A DNA stretch of 64,000 bases from Octopus sinensis (Eukaryota). The notes under the pieces are model-generated. The model was not told where the DNA came from. It was given only the letters and a program-made list of their open reading frames with translations, and made no database searches. Where the stretch lies: the NCBI RefSeq assembly GCF_006345805.1, contig NW_021836180.1, forward strand, positions 62,001-126,000, written 5' to 3'. Positions 61,895 to 64,000 of this stretch are shown here, in pieces. The translations under genes were made by a program, and so were the position numbers. Every line of letters begins with the position of its first letter. Position 1 is the first letter of the stretch.

Positions 61895-64000
61895 TATTTA
61901 TATATATATATATACTAGCAGTATAGCCCAGTGTTGCTTGAGCTAGTTTTCTTTTCGACCCTTTAGAATTGGAATTTTTGAAAAGTAAAAATTTTGCATT
62001 ATGTAGCTTGTTATTCTCTTTAAGTGAACATTTTTCTGGTTGAAATACCCCGAAAAATGACGACACAGCAGTCAAATAATCGTAAAAAATAGGGATTTTC
62101 ATAGAAAATATAGCACCTTTTTGATGTAAACAAGCTTTGGTGTTAACAAGGTCCGATTTCAATTTTTTCTTCCACAGACGGAAGAGCAAGCCTTATTCTA
62201 TCATACACTCAATTTTGGTCAACTTGTGCCGCAGGGTCTCGGAGGAGATAGTGTTAGTTGAAGGCTACCAAACCTGCCACACACAGACAACTTCAGCTTT
62301 ATATATATAGAGATACACACACACACACACACACACACATAAATGTGTGTGTGTTTTTGTATGTACGTTTTTGTATATATTTATACATTTGTGTGTCTAG
62401 ATAGCTAGCTATCTATAAACACACACACACATACACGTATGTATATGTATTCTTTTATTCATTTCAGTTATTTGACTACGTCCATGCTGGAGTACCGTCT
62501 TAAATCAAACAAATCAACCCCAGGTCTTATACCTTGTATGCCTACTACTTATTCTATTGGTCTCTTTTGCCGACTGTTAGGTTATGAGGATGTAAACACA
62601 CCAACATTGGTTGTCAAGTGATGGTGGGGGATACAAACACAGACACACACAAATATACACTCGCAGAGATACCCGGCCTTCGTGGGATTAAAATGGCATA
62701 GATTTTTATTGTTTTACTTGTTTCAGTCATCTGACTGCAGCCATGCTGGAGCACCGCCATTGGTCAAGAAATCAACCACAGGATTTATTCTTTGTAAGCC
62801 GAGTACTCATTCTGTCAGTGTCTTATACCAAACTTATTTCTTTACTACCCACAAGGGGCTAAACACAGAGGGGACAAACAAGGACAGACAAATGGATTAA
62901 GTCGATTATATCGACCCCTGTGCGTAACTGGTACTTATTTAATCAACCCCGAAAGGATGAAAGGCAAAGTCGACCTCGGCGGAATTTGAACCCAGAACGT
63001 AACAGCAGATGAAATATGGCTACGCATTTCGCCCAGTGTGCTAACAACTCTGCCAGCTTGCCGCCTTTGCTAAGTTACAGGAATGTAAACACAGCAACAC
63101 CAGTTAGCAAGCAATTGTTGGGCTACAAACACAAAACATGCACACACATACACATATACACGACAGTCTTCTTTCAGTTTCCGAGTACGAAATCCACTTA
63201 CAAGGTTTTGGTTGACCTGAGGCTATAATAAGCATATATATATTATATATATAGTAGCTGACATACCCCGTAATTTCCAGGAAAGCGGGCTCATCCCTTA
63301 GTTCTGTTCTCATAATTGTTTTGCTAATTCAGTAACAACAATACAAAGTATGTAGCCCTTAAAGTATGTAGCCTTGAGAATACCGAACTGTCTTACAAAG
63401 GATCTTGTTTTTTGGAATTCCCAATAAGTTATGAATACTCAAATTGTGAAGTCAGTTATGTAATAACATGAAATTTATTACCCTATAGTAAGAATTCAAA
63501 TAATGTAGCCCCAAAAAGGGCTTTAATATGTTCCCAGAGTATATAGATTTTAGGAGGAAATACTAAATGCTTTTGTGCGTTCCCAGAGAATATTCCCCTC
63601 AGCAGCGCTAGTGTTGCTATATTTGTGAATAAGTCACTAACCGAAATAAGTGGATCTATTGTTTAGGAGAATACTATTTACTTGTTTAAGCGTTGTCTTG
63701 GATAAATTGAGAAAATAACTAAAACACTTCAAATACTAAGAAATAAGCATAATGAAAATGAATGGGTTATTTCCCTTGATGGTTATTTCCAGGAGGGAAT
63801 GGGTTATTTCCCTTGGAAGCTTAAAATAATTACTCACACCGTTCACTCATGCCCAAATGTTATTCCTCTTGCTGTTTACCCGAACATTTTTTCGAAATCA
63901 ATTAATACTTAAAACCTCCCCAGATACATAAGGAATGTACGTTTGAAGTTTAAGAAAAATTGGTCAAGCCATTTTGATGCAAAAACGAGAACATACCGAT
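48405..64000 (+). repeat. Segmental duplication, unit B (continues past the window end)
   Basis: Near-identical to 22216-37808; contains second copies of all SINE, RTE and Helitron features there. Confidence 0.95.
54219..58427 (+). mobile_element. Duplicate of the Gypsy element (LTRs 54219-54511 and 58149-58427; TSD CCCAG)
   Basis: Same flanks, same lesions and same inter-LTR differences as 28028-32236. Confidence 0.97.

Overview
AT-rich, microsatellite- and SINE-dense animal DNA; the repeat families look like those of an octopod cephalopod (inference). The only host gene family is a minus-strand tandem cluster of VWA5A-like genes (VIT + VWA + C-terminal helical domain) whose CDS lies in one exon. 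There are two intact copies (12552-15062, 47842-50136), one copy with a local frameshift (21662-23945) and one 5'-truncated copy (46065-46841). The copies share nearly invariant N- and C-terminal regions around an in-frame hypervariable cassette of 86-161 aa. A near-identical duplication with ~26.19-kb offset (22216-37808 vs 48405-64000, running off the window) starts at the edge of that cassette. It carries a full-length but decayed Ty3/Gypsy element whose PBS position is complementary to the 5' end (not the 3' end) of tRNA-Phe, and a type I hammerhead ribozyme motif. The rest is two satellites (one rich in STAT-like palindromes), Helitron, mariner, RTE and other LINE remnants, MITEs and SINEs. 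Most short ORFs in the track are artefacts of repeats or antisense frames.
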